Shown here: positions 61,435 through 64,000 of the stretch, piece by piece | Numbering within the stretch: position 1 is the first letter of the stretch | How the letters are laid out: each line of letters opens with the position of its first letter | Source: Heteronotia binoei | Lineage: Eukaryota | Length of the DNA stretch: 64,000 bases | Reading direction: 5' to 3' | Assembly (NCBI RefSeq): GCF_032191835.1 | Contig: NC_083240.1 | Location: 3,472,001 to 3,536,000 of the forward strand | Notes under the pieces: model-generated | Databases searched by the model: none | The model's input: only the letters and a program-made list of their open reading frames with translations | Told to the model about the DNA's origin: nothing | Program-made: the position numbers and the translations under genes

Positions 61435-62075
61435 GAGTTTAGCTACACATCCGCAGTATGCCGGTGTGTTTCTCGTTTAGAATTGTGCATCGGTGTAATT
61501 ATTTGTATTTGACATGCTCAGAATAGGGACATTGGCTGCATATCTCGTTACATGTGCTTGACCCCTTTTCGCTATATTTTATTGTATTCCTTTTTCCTAT
61601 GGCAAACTGGAATGATGGTCACATGTTAAAAAGTAAATTAGGTGGCAAGTACATCACCGTCCAATGTATTCTCTTTTAGCTGTATTGACACCCTCAAACA
61701 GGGCCTTTGCTTGCTTATCCCATTACATATATTGAACCCGTCTCCCATTGTCATTGACGGACAATCTCCCATTTTGACGTACTGGTGTTTTGCTGCTTTC
61801 GCATGATCATGCTACTCAGATCAAAGGTTTGCTCAACTTGTTAATTTTACTATTCTGTCATTGTACCATTTTGCATTCTAAACCACTGCCTACCAGATAA
61901 TTTCACTTCACTGTCGTTGGTTCTTAAATCTGTACCATGTTGCATTCTGGGCCACTGCCTACCAGTTCTGTATGGCTCTGCTCAGCTATGTAGGGCTTTG
62001 CTCACTGTGCTGGATTCCTCGTCTGATGAAGTGTGCTTAAGAGCACACGAAAGCTGACGTTCTAAATAAAAATTG
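61435..62075 (+). mobile_element. Penelope-like element terminal repeat with a hammerhead-like motif, split by Squam3-like insertions
   Basis: Internal sub-repeat (61862-61897 and 61931-61966); ctgatga-a-gtgtgct-taag-agcacac-gaaa. The end ...ggttggtctta resumes as cttaaaggtgcaacatgactcctgc at about 62641. Confidence 0.65.
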
Positions 62076-64000
62076 GTTGGTCTTAGACAGTGAACAAGAA
62101 GATATTGGATTTATATCCTGCCCTCCACTCCGAAGAGTCTCAGAGCGGCTCACAATCTTCTTTACCTCCTCCCCCACAACAGACATCCTGTGAGGTGGGT
62201 GGGGCTGAGAGGGCTCTCACAGCAGCTGCCCTTTCAAGGACAACCTCTGCCAGAGCTACAGCTGACCCAAGACCATTCCAGCAGGTGCAAGTGGAGGAGT
62301 GGGGAATCAAACCCGGTTCTCCCAGATAAGAGTCCGCACACTTAACCACTACACCAGACTGGCTCTCCTGTTGAAGAGGAAGATGAAGAAGATGATATTG
62401 GATTTGTATCCTGCCTTTCACTCTGAGTCTCAGAGTGGTTCACAATTTCCTTCCTCCCTGTGCGGTGGGTGGGGCTGAGAGAGCTCTCCCAGAAACTGCC
62501 CTTTCAAGGACAACTCTGCAAGAGCTATGACTGAGCCAGGGCCATTCCAGCAGCTGCGAGTGGAGGAGTGGGGAATCAAACCCGGTTCTCCCGGACAGGA
62601 GTCAGCACACTTAACCACTACACCAAACTGGCTCACCTCTCTTAAAGGTGCAACATGACTCCTGCTTTTTTCGAAAAGAGCCCAAGGAGGCCAGAAGCAC
62701 CTTCCAGACTCCTCTCCAGCCACGAATGCTGTGAAGACTTCCAGAGGCTCCTGGACCACGGACGCTTTTCTCCAGCTCCAGACAGACCTGGGACTCTTCC
62801 AGAGACTGGGCTTTCCCGCGCGGGTCTGTCATCTGTTGCCCTGCCCAAAACGGCTCTTTGGGAGACTGCTTGGAGGAATCACTGGGGACTTCTGGTCTTC
62901 AGTGCTTTGCAGAGCTCCCAGGCAGGGTCCCTGAAGACAAAGGCACCAAGAAACCCTTTTAGGCTCCTGCTCTGGCCCATCAGGAGGGAAGAGGGCTTGT
63001 TCTTCTGACTGCTGGACTCTGGGGTGCAACGCTCACATGTGCATGATGTCCCCTCCTGACCGGGGCAGCCCAGGCAAGCCCATCTCAGGAGCTAAGCAGG
63101 GTCGACCTTGGCAAGTCCTGGGATGGAAGGCCTCCCAAGAATACCATGCCCTGGAGGGAGAGGCAAGCATTAGCAAGCCGCCTCTCTTAAAATGTACAAG
63201 CCCCGGCAGAGGTTGCCAGAAGTCACCATATGACTTCCAAACATGCAAGCACGCAGGTGCAAAATACTAATAAATTAACCCCCCCCCCCCAAAAAAAAAA
63301 TGTTTATGTGATAACAGACTTGGCCCTGTGTTGCTTTCAGAGCCAGTTTGGTGTAGTGGTTAAGTGCATGGAGTCTTATCTGGGAGAACCAGGTTTGATT
63401 CCCCACTCCTCCACTTGCACCTGCTGGAATGGCCTTGGATTAGCCGTAGCTATCACAGGAGTTGTCCTTGAAAGAGCAGCTGCTGGGAGAGCTCTCTCAG
63501 CCCCACTCACCTCACAGGGTATCTGTTGTGGGGGAGGAAGGTAAAGGAGATTGTAAGCCGCTCTGAGTCTGATTCCGAGGAGGACGGGGTATAAATCTGC
63601 AATTCTTCTTCCTCCGCTGCCGCCGCCAATACAGTCCAGGGGCAATGGAGCTGCTACTCAGGGATGTCAAACACATTTGTTGCGAGGGCCGGATGTGACA
63701 TAAATGAGAGCTTGTTGGGCCGGGCCATAAAATGTAATGCCAGGTACTGGAAACAAAAACTTTATAAAGGACACAAACACAATTAAACATTTTTTTAAAA
63801 AATGGTTTAAATAAAACATGCTTATCAGCAGTCTTGCACTATTTTATTTAATAGTCTCTGATAACTGAAGGACGCAAGAGAGAGGAAGAATGCCACAGAC
63901 TTGCTCAAGGGCCTGCATGCAAGCACGCCGGTGCAAAATACTAATCATCGTGAGAGCCCGTTTGGTGTAGTGGTGAAGTGCACGGACTCTTATCTGGGAG

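Overview
Vertebrate genomic DNA, almost certainly a squamate and probably a gecko (inferred from Sauria SINE, Squam3-like SINE, CR1, L2 and BovB content). Exons read by hand show four genes in the order known from human 1p36.22: AGTRAP (first coding exon only, minus), DRAXIN (complete CDS, 5 coding exons, 339 aa, minus), MAD2L2/REV7 (complete CDS, 8 coding exons, 211 aa, plus) and an FBXO6/FBXO44-like F-box lectin (complete CDS, 5 coding exons, 254 aa, minus). All junctions are GT-AG, phase-consistent, and sum to intact reading frames. Four GC-rich islands (about 3.75-4.55, 32.4-34.4, 36.8-37.3 and 60.55-61.45 kb) mark probable promoters. Much of the rest is transposable element. The clearest non-gene pattern is that retroposon termini repeatedly expand into head-to-tail arrays with fixed junctions: 93-bp Squam3-like heads, 67-bp and 179-bp CR1 3' ends, and 139-bp tRNA-Ala SINE heads, some with higher-order structure. 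Also seen: Penelope-like terminal repeats forming palindromes with hammerhead-like cores, a chimeric CR1-BovB insertion, and a diverged ~230-bp inverted repeat between the convergent MAD2L2 and FBXO 3' ends. I found no convincing new protein-coding system. Nearly all long ORFs in the supplied track are repeat- or GC-derived artefacts. Two N gaps lie in the presumed DRAXIN intron 1. Gene and repeat names come from my recollection of the families; no database search was run.
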